The notes below the pieces were generated by a model. It was not told the origin of the DNA. It did not search any database and saw only the letters and a program-made list of their open reading frames with translations. A stretch of 64,000 nucleotides of DNA from positions 124,001-188,000 of the forward strand of contig NIVC01002293.1 in NCBI GenBank assembly GCA_002269645.1. Reading direction: 5' to 3'. The translations under genes and the position numbers were made by a program. Positions within the stretch are counted from its first letter, which is position 1. Each line of letters opens with the position of its first letter. Shown here piece by piece: positions 25,354 to 36,918 of this stretch. Source of the stretch: Macrostomum lignano (taxonomy: Eukaryota).

Positions 25354-25357
25354 GTTA

Positions 25358-26330
25358 GTGGGATATAATCCCATTGCTAATCCAGTGTTGGATATAATCC
25401 CATTGCTAATCCAGTGTTGGATATAATCCCATTGCTAATCCAGTGTTGGATATAATCCCATTGCTAATCCAGTGTTGGATATAATCCCATTGCTAATCCA
25501 GTGTTGGATATAATCCCATTGCTAATCCAGTGTTGGATATAATCCCATTGCTAATCCAGTGTGAGATATAATCCAATTGCTAATCCAGTGTGAGATATAA
25601 TCCAATTGCTAATCCAGTGTGAGATATAATCCAATTGCTAATCCAGTGTGGGATATAATCCCATTGCTAATCCAGTGTGGGATATAATCCCATTGCTAAT
25701 CCAGTGTGGGATATAATCCCATTGCTAATCCAGTGTGGGATATAATCCCATTGCTAATCCGGTATTGGATATAATCCCATTGCTAATCCAGTGTGGGATA
25801 TAATCCCATTGCTAATCCAGTGTGGGATATAATCCCATTGCTAATCCAGTATTGGATATAATCTCATTGCTAATCCAGTGTGGGATATAATCCCATTGCT
25901 AATCCAGTGTGGGATATAATCCCATTGCTAATCCAGTGTGGGATATAATCCCATTGCTAATCCAGTGTGGGATATAATCCCATTGCTAATCCAGTGTGGG
26001 ATATAATCCCATTGCTAATCCAGTGTGGGATATAATCCCATTGCTAATCCAGTGTGGGATATAATCCCATTGCTAATCCGGTATTGGATATAATCCCATT
26101 GCTAATCCAGTGTGGGATATAATCCCATTGCTAATCCAGTGTGGGATATAATCCCATTGCTAATCCGGTATTGGATATAATCCCATTGCTAATCCAGTGT
26201 GGGATATAATCCCATTGCTAATCCAGTGTGGGATATAATCCAATTGCTAATCCAGTGTGTGATATAATCCCATTGCTAATCCAGTGTGGGATATAATCCC
26301 ATTGCTAATCCGGTATTGGATATAATCCTT
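25358..26330. repeat. 29-bp minisatellite (~33 copies) at the start of adducin intron 2
   Basis: GGGATATAATCCCATTGCTAATCCAGTGT unit. Confidence 0.97.
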
Positions 26331-26799
26331 TCATCGTGTGTTAAATTTAATAATTTAATCATAAATCATTCATAAAACACATGAATTGTTAACTAGTGCT
26401 GGATATAAAACCGATTAGTGAGTAGTGTGGGATCTAATCCCCATCATATTTTGTTATTAGTGCCACTGTTGTGGGGAACGCCAAACGTTCGTACTAATCC
26501 CTGTTCTTTATATTCTATTTTGTACTTTTATTTCTCCTCCATCTACGCTCGTAATTAACTATATGGGTATAGTGGGATATGATGCAGCCCAGTTCCCTTA
26601 TCAAACACTGGCTATATTTGATTATCTCTCAACATTTGATCTTCTGAATTGCAGCTAACTCAGACACAAACTATTATAACTAATTGGTTTTGTATATCTC
26701 CCAGCTGGATGGTTGGGGGAATTTTAGAGTAGGATAATAAAGTCAATATTAAAATTATAACCGTCTCTAAGTGTCAATTTTTCATTAATTATTTTGCAG

Positions 26800-26916
26800 A
26801 GACAGCGCAAGCAGCTGAACCTGACCCTGTTGAGTCAGCCAAAGAGGAACCGGTAGGGGAATCCGGGACGGAGCAGAGCCAACCGGCAGCTGAGGAAGCC
26901 GAGAAATTGAATTTCG
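26800..26916 (+). CDS. ADD1: Adducin, probable exon 3 (acidic, 117 nt, phase 1-1)
   Basis: ATTTTGCAG acceptor and GTAAGG donor; open frame ETAQAAEPDPVESAKEEPVGESGTEQSQPAAEEAEKLNF. Confidence 0.65.
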
Positions 26917-27029
26917 GTAAGGGGGCGGAGCTTGTGTGTGCTCAGTAGTCAGCGGGATGGGCAGTTGCTTCATCGCTGGTTGTGAGCCAAAGTTGCCGAA
27001 GGCGTTGCAACAACAGAACAGACCAAAAT

Positions 27030-27838
27030 AATAACTGACGCAATAATAACAACAAACAATAATAGTACTAACAGACACAATAATGACACACAAAAATAAC
27101 AACAGACACAATGACAACAACAGACACAAAAACAAAAACAAACAACAATGACAACAACAGACACAATGACAACAACAGACACAATGACAACAACAGACAC
27201 AATGACAACAACAGACACAATGACAACAACAGACACAATGACAACAACAGACACAATGACAACAACAGACACAATGACAACAGCAGACACAATAATGACA
27301 GACAATAATCACAACAGACACAATGACAACAACAGACACAATAACAACAACAGACACAATAATGACAGACAATAATCACAACAGACACAATAATAACAAC
27401 AGACACAATAACAGCAACAGACACAATAACAACAACAGACACAATAATGACAGACAATAATCACAACAGACACAATAATAACAACAGACACAATAACAGC
27501 AACAGACACAATAACAACAACAGACACAATGACAACAACAGACACAATAACAACAACAGACACAATGACAACAACAGACACAATAACAACAACATACACA
27601 ATGACAACAACAGACACAATAACAACAACAGACACAATAACAACAACAGACACAATAACAACAACAGACACAATGACAACAACAGACACAATAACAACAA
27701 CAGACACAATGACAACAACAGACACAATAACAACAACAGACACAATGACAACAACAGACACAATAACAACAACACAAACAATAACAACAACACAAACAAT
27801 AACAACAACAGACAATAACAACAACAACAATAACAACA
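27030..27838. repeat. 18-bp / (ACA)n-derived minisatellite (ACAACAACAGACACAATG) in adducin intron 3
   Basis: Direct. Confidence 0.95.
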
Positions 27839-28143
27839 GGAGCTACAACATTTCTCCATCAAAATATCTCAGTCCCTGACAGTTAAGCCCTTCCCCGACT
27901 CTAACCGTGCTGGCTGCTTCGCTCCCCTTCCTCTCCTCAGACTGTTCCTCGCCTCCCTAAGTCTCTCCGATCTCCTGCACTATTCCAGCTACAGGTAGCG
28001 CAGTATCCATGTCTGTTGTGTTTTATCTTACATGAAAATTATGAACAGGCAAGAAAGCACACTGTCTCAAAAGCCCAGAAGCAGAAGTCCTTTAGCAACT
28101 ACTGAATGTGTTTTCGTATAATTTTAATGTATTATTTTTTCAG

Positions 28144-28172
28144 ATCAATCGGAGCAGCAGCCTGAAGTTTGA
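28144..28172 (+). CDS. ADD1: Adducin, probable terminal exon 4 (DQSEQQPEV*)
   Basis: TTATTTTTTCAG acceptor, phase-1 compatible; TGA at 28170-28172; AT-rich 3'UTR follows. Confidence 0.55.
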
Positions 28173-30475
28173 ACACACAATGCTTCGGCTGCCTGCTGGC
28201 CTAGCACACACACGAAGAACTTAAAGGCTAATAAACCCTTCCCATATACACAGCATGCCCTGTAGTGGATTAGAGCTTTTGTCTGCCTGTCCATCAAAGC
28301 CAGCTAGTAGTCCTGTGTGCACTGCTATGCTTCACATTATTTTATATAGTCATTGTATTTTGTTAATCAACACTTAGTGGCTTAAATTCAATATTAAACG
28401 ATTAAATTGCTATTTAATGTTGTGTATTTTTGTACGCTTTAGTAATATTTTCAAATTTATTTATTTATTTATATCTGAAGCCCCGGTCGCCGTTAAATCC
28501 TACTGTTCCCACAAGAATTAGGGAACATAAACCCTTAATATTTTATAGACACATTATAGCCTTCTGATTGCTACTACTAGCAGTAGTAGTTGCGCAGTAT
28601 AATTCACCAATTTATTTTATTTCCATTTATTTTCCCTCAAATCGTTTCATGTCAGACTTGCCCTCAAATTTCAATTCAAATTACTCTGCTTTTTCAGCAA
28701 ATTAATCAATATTTTTCTTTATCCAATAAAAAATAACGTACATACGCTTATTAGACTACTGACATTGCGACTATTAAGTAGGAACAAACGATTTTCAATG
28801 CTTTTTTAAGACCAGTTTGTTTCGTTGCAGAATGTGTTGAGGTTAATCGGACAATCTTATCCTGTTAGCCATGTAATTCTGCAACATGTTATGCTTGGAA
28901 ATCGTGTTTTTAATCTGTTTAATACTATGAGGCTTTGATTGCTTGCTTAGCAATACGGAGCTAACGGGGAGCATCTGCTTGTACACGTATAAGAGACCCC
29001 AGCATGTACATATATTACTTATTAGCAGCTTTACTGTTATATAATCCTATTTCCAAATTTAGTTATAATAACTATATATCAAATATTTATTAGCGACTAA
29101 GATATTATCCAAATAATTCACCATTCAACATTCAATTTAGAACAGTTTTTAGAAGGCCTAACGTATTACTTGTATTTAGTAATATACAGTTTTTTGTCCT
29201 TCCTTTGCGTGTGTTGGCCAGTAATTGTGAGCTGCTATTCAATTAACCAATCTGCGCGCAGTTGCATGCGTTTTCCCTTACTTCCGCCGCCCGCTCCCTC
29301 CATCGGACTGTTGCCACGCCTGTCCGGTGTTCGAGACTTCCCATTCTTGAGGTTCGAAATCGAAAAGTCCCCGCAATAGTTCTATTATTTGATAAGATGA
29401 TTATTATTTATAAATTATTACATGCCTAACAGTATGTATACAAATATATTTATTAATTATAATGATTAAGTAAGTTTACTTTTGTTATTATTGAAAATGC
29501 GTGCTTTTAATCCTCCCAGGCAACACCGCCTTCTGCTGCGCGAAAGCTTTAGTGACACAGAGGAGTAATAACTATCAATATTGATGACAGAACCCGTTCT
29601 CTTTTTCCTTATTTGCCTTCTTTTGGTGCCAGAAATACAGCACAGGTTGGCGCCACGTTGGGAGCGCCAACTATGGGCGCCACACTGGGAGCGGCGCCAT
29701 ACTCGTACATGTACCAGCACCTTTAATGTCTTGCAACTTGCGTCCCACAGTCTAGTTAAGTAGTGTGAGTGACACTATTAATATTACTCATGCATACCTA
29801 TCCCTATATTGCTAGCCTAATCCGATATAGTCTTCTCTTGCTATACTGGGCATTTCCTGTATGCGGCCTGCATGGGCAGATCTGATGCGTACAGTGTATT
29901 GGGGTAGAGACAGCTGGGCATCTTTTCCACATGTGTACACGTGTGCAACTCCCCATCTGGCAGCGTACAGTGGGATGCGCGGTCACGTGGCCAGAATCCA
30001 GCATCCCCGTCTCTCGGATCCCATCCCACCAAAACTATCTACACATTTATGATTATTCATTCCGGAAAATCCACATCGAGCTTTTTCTATTTCTAAATTC
30101 GGGCATTTTGTGCGCGTGCCCGGGTGAGTGAGTCAGATCTGTTGATGCTGCGATGCGAGGCTGATACAATGGAATACATTAGCTGCTACATTGTATATTT
30201 TACTTCCAATTCAAGTGTAGCCAAGTTGCATATTTGGTTTAACCTGGGCCTACCCGCTTCCATTAGTCTAATTGTACATGTAAGTAATTGCAATGGCGCA
30301 GCCGCAGCCTGCGAGTGATGAAGGTGATGACTCACTCTGCCGGGTACAAAATTAATTCGTACAGGCTGAAATTTATTAATACGCTCGCAAAAGTTTAAAA
30401 TGCGCTTCATCAGAAGATTTCATCACACTACCTGAACCGTTTAGTCTTTGATTGTTTAGTGAACTAATTACTCTG

Positions 30476-31338
30476 CAGTACGCTGTGCGCAAGGGGGTGC
30501 AGGTCGCCCCCCTCAATCGCCCCACAAAAATTTAAATTAAAAAACTGAGTGGTAGCCACGTGTCGGACATGGCATCCACCAAACCTAGGCCGGAGATAGG
30601 GACAGGGATGGCCATCAAGAGACAGGGGTGGCCATCAAGAGACGGGGGTGGCCATCAAGAGACAGGGGTGGCCATCAAGAGACTGGGGTGGCCATCAAGA
30701 GACAGGGGTGGCCATCAAGAGACAGGGGTGGCCATCAAGAGACGGGGTGGCCATCAAGAGACCGGGGTGGCCATCAAGAAACAGGGGTGGCCATCAAGAG
30801 ACTGGGGTGGCCATCAAGAGACAGGGGTGGCCATCAAAAGACAGGGATGGTCATCAAAAGACAGAGGTGGCCATCAAAAGACAGGGATGGCCATCAAAAG
30901 ACAGAGGTGGCCATCAAGAGACAGAGGTGGCCATCAATTAAAAGACAGAGGTGGCCATAAAGAGACGGGTGGCCATCAAAAGACAGAGGTGGCCATCAAA
31001 AGACAGAGGTGGCCATCAAGAGACAGGGGTGGCCATCAAGAGACAGAGGTGGCCATCAAAGACAGAGATGGCCATCAAGAGACAGAGGTGGCCATCAAAA
31101 GACAGAGGTGGCCATCAAAAGACAGGGATGGCCATCAAGAGACAGGGGCGGCCATCAGCAGACGGGTGGGGCGCCGACCCTCGCCGACCAAGACACCAGA
31201 TATTTGGCGCCCTTAAGGCCGGTTTACTATATCGCCAAACCAAAGGCTCATGCTGACCAAAGATTGCTCAAAGCAATGTACAGTTTGTTCAGACCCGTTT
31301 TTAAATTGATTTGATAAAAATTCCTGCGTGCGCCACTG
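30476..31338. mobile_element. Probable hAT-type non-autonomous element carrying a 21-bp minisatellite (GGTGGCCATCAAGAGACAGGG, ~30600-31160)
   Basis: Right end CCTGCGTGCGCCACTG; degenerate left end CAGTACGCTGTGCGCAAGG; TSD only partially preserved. Confidence 0.5.
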
Positions 31339-31889
31339 CTAAACTCGGTACAATATAGGCGGAGAAATATCTTATCTGCATTCTTATAGGCGGAGAAATA
31401 TCTTATCTGCATTCTGAGTTTGCAGAAATTTTATGGCCTGATTCAGTCTTGCCCAATTGCACGTGAAGTCAGCGCTAGACCATAAAAGCCTTCGGCTCAA
31501 AATGGAAACGACTTGCACTCGGACTTCACTTTAGCGGGCGTGGGGGCTGTAAAACCTGTCCCGTTCAGTCAGTATCTGAATATACATTGTAGACGGATTC
31601 TTCGTACAGTTCACTTTTCGCCAGGCGGGTCGTTATTATTTGGTGCCTCGGGCCAGGGAGCTCCAATAAAAGTTGACATAAATAGTCGCAGACAAGTCCA
31701 GCAAGATTAGTTCGAAAGTTTAGTTAATCACTTCTCGCGATGAGGAGACGAGATAGCGTTCAAAAGCAATGTGAATGATAAGAACTTGTGTGTTAATGCC
31801 TAAATGTAGAGATGTCAAGGCTGCTAAGGTTGTTCTTTAAGAATATATTCTGCACATCCAAATCTTATTCAATTTTGTTTGGCCTCGCG

Positions 31890-32118
31890 TAGGGATTCCA
31901 AAATCCCGACATTTTACAATCCCGGGATTGAATAGTCCCGAAATCCCGATGCTGTTGAAATCCCGGGATTCAAAATCCCGGAATCCCGGTGCTTTTGCAA
32001 TCCCGGGATTAAAAATCCCGGGATTCGATTCCCAAAAAAATCCCGGGATTCAAATCCCGGATTTTTGGCCCCAATCCCGGGATCCCGGGATCCCGGGATC
32101 CCGGGATTGGAATCCCTA
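31890..32118. mobile_element. 229-bp hAT MITE built from AATCCCGGGATT palindromes
   Basis: TIRs TAGGGATTCCA / TGGAATCCCTA; exact 8-bp TSD GCCTCGCG at 31882-31889 and 32119-32126. Confidence 0.9.
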
Positions 32119-32289
32119 GCCTCGCGTGGACAAAGAAAGGGTTTTAGACTCACTGGTCCGTTATCCTGTGAATGAGCAATAAACTGCTCTACAGGCTACA
32201 GCTGAAACTATAACGAAAACCTTGTTTCACCTTGAAATGGAAGTTCGCGTGGGCCCTTAACACAATGGCCTCCTGCCCACTCGGTTTAC

Positions 32290-32837
32290 TTATGATACAG
32301 AACTATAAAGATTACAGAAAGCAGTCTGGCCTGCTTGGACCCAGTCCCCCTGCCCGCCCCGGAGCCCCGGACCCCGCCAAAGCGTGTTAGAAAATGGAAT
32401 TGAGTGGCAAAGGGGCTTTGTTTCTTTCGTTCGCCAGTTGGTCTGTCTTGCTTCGGACTTGGGAGGGAGGGTGAGTCACTTCGCTTCAACTGGGGGGCTG
32501 GCTGTGGCTGGGGTCACAGCGAGGCCACAGCGCCAGCGCTGATTCACGCACCCACGTCACGCCAGCGTACAAGACAAGCCAGCTGGGCCTGGCATGCGGC
32601 TTTATGTCTCTTTTTGGCCCAATAGGCTGCCAGCTCTCTGTCCCCCTCTCTCACCCAACCCAACCAAACCCAACCCGGGTTTATTGTGCGCAAGCCCCGC
32701 CGCCCTCCTCCAGCCTTGCTTGGGGCTTGAAAAAGAGGACCCCCGGCGGGCCCAGCAGACGCCGCTGCCGCTGCCCGCTCTCTCTCCCTCCCAATTCCAT
32801 GCATGGCAGGCTGTCATTCAGTCCTCTGCGGGTAAGT
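32290..32837 (+). promoter_or_regulatory. GC-rich island ending in a consensus 5' splice donor (possible non-coding first exon)
   Basis: GC-rich, with CCACGTCAC and CCAAT motifs and CGG|GTAAGT at 32831/32832. Confidence 0.25.
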
Positions 32838-33538
32838 CGCTTTTGCTGTGTTGGTTCTAGCTAAATGCCTTTCTGAGAAATGAATTGCTGCTGAAAAGTT
32901 GCTTCAGTTTGTTTGCCCTGCCGGATCATCTCTGCCTGTCAGTAGTGCATTTGTATTGAGTAATCTAATTCATATATATAAATGCATTATCTGGTATGCA
33001 GTGACTGCGATCCTTGGTCAACCAAATCATCATCGGATCCATCATCCAAGATCCAATCGATTCACTCCGAAATTTCTTCTTATAAATAAATTGTGTTTTA
33101 AAGTCGTAAGTTAATTGAACCTCTTATGACAGGTGCTGTTGTTTGTGATTCTTTACTTAAATTGACTGACAAGCTAAAATAATACGAATATTGATTTATT
33201 AAAGATACCAGCCCATTCTGCTGCATTTTTTAAAGAAAGTAAATCCAACATGGACATTTAACTGTCAATAAAATCACATCAAGGCCGGTATGACAGAAAG
33301 CCAGGTTTGGTATAAATTATAGATTTTTTCTAACTAAAGCTAGACTTGCTACTGTAAGTAGCATCGAGGAATGTTTAGCGACACGCTTTTAATTCTGGGC
33401 TGCATAATGAAACTTTTTGCTACGAATTTTACGATGTGCAAATTTAAAAAGCACGAACTTTGAAATGCATGAAATAAAAAATCATATGGCAAATAAATTT
33501 CGTGGAAATGAGTTTTTATTAGCGGTTTAACTAATTTT

Positions 33539-36386
33539 GTGTTGAATTCTGAGTCAGATGTGTCGAATTCTGGGTCAGGTGTGTCGAATTCCGAGTCAGA
33601 TGTGTCGAATTCTGGGTCAGGTGTGTCGAATTCCGAGTCAGATGTGTCGAATTCTGGGTCAGGTGTGTCGAATTCTGAGTCAGGTGTCTCGAATTCTGAG
33701 TCAGATGTGTCAAATTCTGGGTCAGGTGTATCGAATTCTGAGTCAGGTGTGTTGAATTCTGGGTCAGGTGTCTCGAATTCTGAGTCAGATGTGTCGAATT
33801 CTGGGTCAGGTGTGTCGAATTCTGAGTCAGGTGTGTTGAATTCTGAGTCAGATGTGTCAAATTCTGGGTCAGGTGTATCGAATTCTGAGTCAGGTGTGTT
33901 GAATTCTGAGTCAGGTGTGTTGAATTCTGAGTCAGGTGTCTCGAATTCTGAGTCAGATGTGTTGAATTCTGAGTCAGGCGTGTTCAATTATGAGTCAGAT
34001 GTGTCAAATTCTGGGTCAGGTGTATCGAATTCTGAGTCAGGTGTGTTGAATTCTGAGTCAGGCGTGTTCAATTATGAGTCAGATGTGTCAAATTCTGGGT
34101 CAGGTGTCTCGAATTCCGAGTCAGATGTGTCAAATTCTGGGTCAGGTGTCTCGAATTCTGAGTCAGATGTGTCAAATTCTGGGTCAGGTGTCTCGAATTC
34201 TGAGTCAGATGTGTCAAATTCTGGGTCAGGTGTATCGAATTCTGAGTCAGGCGTGTTGAATTATGAGTCAGGCGTGTTGAATTCTGAGTCAGGTGTGTTG
34301 AATTCTGAGTCAGGCGTGTTGAATTCTGAGTCAGGTGTGTTGAATTCTGAGTCAGGTGTGTTGAATTCTGAGTCAGATGTGTCAAATTCTGGGTCAAGTG
34401 TGTTGAATTCTGAGTCAGGTGTGTTGAATTCTGAGTCAGATGTGTCAAATTCTGGGTCAAGTGTATCGAATTCTGAGTCAGATGTGTCGAATTCTGAGTC
34501 AGGTGTGTTGAATTCTGAGTCAGGCGTGTTGAATTCTGAGTCAGGTGTGTTGAATTCTGAGTCAGGTGTGTTGAATTCTGAGTCAGATGTGTCAAATTCT
34601 GGGTCAAGTGTATCGAATTCTGAGTCAGATGTCTCGAATTCTGAGTCAGGTGTCTCGAATTCTGAGTCAGGCGTGTTGAATTCTGAGTCAGGCGTGTTGA
34701 ATTCTGAGTCAGGTGTGTTGAATTATGAGTCAGATGTGTCAAATTCTGGGTCAAGTGTATCGAATTCTGAGTCAGATGTGTCAAATTCTGAGTCAGGTGT
34801 CTCGAATTCTGAGTCAGGCGTGTTGAATTCTGAGTCAGGTGTCTCGAATTCTGAGTCAGGTGTCTCGAATTCTGAGTCAGGTGTCTCGAATTCTGAGTCA
34901 GGCGTGTTGAATTCTGAGTCAGGCGTGTTGAATTCTGAGTCAGGCGTGTTGAATTCTGAGTCAGGCGTGTTGAATTCTGAGTCAGGTGTATTGAATTCTG
35001 AGTCAGGCGTGTTGAATTCTGAGTCAGGCGTGTTGAATTCTGAGTCAGGCGTGTTGAATTCTGAGTCAGGCGTGTTGAATTCTGAGTCAGGTGTCTCGAA
35101 TTCTGAGTCAGATGTGTCAAATTCTGGGTCAGGTGTCTCGAATTCTGAGTCAGATGTGTCAAATTCTGGGTCAGGTGTATCGAATTCTGAGTCAGGCGTG
35201 TTGAATTCTGAGTCAGGCGTGTTGAATTCTGAGTCAGGCGTGTTGAATTCTGAGTCAGGCGTGTTGAATTCTGAGTCAGGCGTGTTGAATTCTGAGTCAG
35301 GTGTGTCAAATTCTGGGTCAGGTGTATCGAATTCTGAGTCAGGTGTATCGAATTCTGAGTCAGGCGTGTTGAATTCTGAGTCAGGCGTGTTCAATTATGA
35401 GTCAGGCGTGTTGAATTCTGAGTCAGGTGTGTTGAATTCTGAGTCAGGTGTGTTGAATTCTGAGTCAGGCGTGTTGAATTCTGAGTCAGGTGTATCGAAT
35501 TCTGAGTCAGGCGTGTTGAATTCTGAGTCAGGCGTGTTGAATTCTGAGTCAGGTGTGTCAAATTCTGGGTCAGGTGTATCGAATTCTGAGTCAGGTGTAT
35601 CGAATTCTGAGTCAGGCGTGTTGAATTCTGAGTCAGGCGTGTTCAATTATGAGTCAGGCGTGTTGAATTCTGAGTCAGGTGTGTTGAATTCTGAGTCAGG
35701 TGTGTTGAATTCTGAGTCAGGCGTGTTGAATTCTGAGTCAGGTGTATCGAATTCTGAGTCAGGCGTGTTGAATTCTGAGTCAGGTGTGTTGAATTCTGAG
35801 TCAGGCGTGTTGAATTCTGAGTCAGGTGTGTTGAATTCTGAGTCAGGCGTGTTGAATTCTGAGTCAGGTGTGTTGAATTCTGAGTCAGGTGTGTTGAATT
35901 CTGAGTCAGGCGTGTTGAATTCTGAGTCAGGTGTGTTGAATTCTGAGTCAGGTGTGTTGAATTCTGAGTCAGATGTGTCGAATTCTGAGTCAGGTGTGTT
36001 GAATTCTGAGTCAGGTGTGTTGAATTCTGAGTCAGGTGTGTTGAATTCTGAGTCAGGTGTGTTGAATTCTGAGTCAGGTGTGTTGAATTCTGAGTCAGGC
36101 GTGTTGAATTCTGAGTCAGGTGTGTTGAATTCTGAGTCAGGCGTGTTGAATTCTGAGTCAGGTGTGTTGAATTCTGAGTCAGGTGTGTTGAATTCTGAGT
36201 CAGGCGTGTTGAATTCTGAGTCAGGTGTGTTGAATTCTGAGTCAGGCGTGTTGAATTCTGAGTCAGGTGTGTTGAATTCTGAGTCAGGCGTGTTGAATTC
36301 TGAGTCAGGTGTGTTGAATTCTGAGTCAGGTGTGTTGAATTCTGAGTCAGGCGTGTTGAATTCTGAGTCAGGCGTGTTGAATTCAG
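33539..36386. repeat. 21-bp minisatellite (~135 copies), GAATTCTGAGTCAGGTGTGTT
   Basis: Direct; sequence variants occur in ordered blocks. Confidence 0.98.
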
Positions 36387-36918
36387 TGTGAGAACTGCAC
36401 CAGGCTTTGCCACCTCAACTCGCTTGAACACGTTAAGCCATCAATCAACAAAAATCAGCAGTATACATGTAACAGGCTCAACTTGCATTACTAACCACAT
36501 TGAAACTCTTGAGAGTAGTATTTGTCGAATATCAAAGTTGCTCCATACCACTTCGTCGTGGATACAAGCTTAGGTCATCACACATAAAGCAGTTTAAGGA
36601 GAGACATTAATAACAAGTTTTGCAGGCTTGGATATTGCTGCATCAGCTCCGTGTGTATAGTCTAACATTAGTTCGGGGCGTGGCTCGCTCTTAAGGACTG
36701 GATGGCGTGTCCTGTGAGCACGCAATCTCAATGTATGCCGTATGCATATACGAGCGTAAGGGCAGCCAGCCCTGGCGTCTTTAACTAACACGTCGGAAAA
36801 AAATTGAAGACTAAAATTAAAGAGCAATCGGCCTCGTTCGCACGATTTAATCACACCTGAGACCACCTAGACAGTACGAGCTACAACAAGTGGAGCACTT
36901 AAGGGCGTGGGAAAAGAA

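Noticed and set aside
23007-26330. Regular 26-34-bp repeats as CRISPR arrays
   Set aside because: Units are head-to-tail with no unique spacers, there are no cas genes, and the context is eukaryotic.
27840-27995. Extra adducin exon between the 18-bp array and the terminal exon
   Set aside because: The acceptor/donor pairs tried give incompatible phases or an in-frame stop.
33539-36391. 950-aa (LNSESGV)n ORF as a real repetitive protein exon
   Set aside because: It is a 21-bp unit with one stop-free frame and a GTG start. Variable sites are not clearly concentrated at third positions and there is no signal peptide or flanking domain. An in-frame AG at 33522 exists, so only RNA-seq would fully exclude it.
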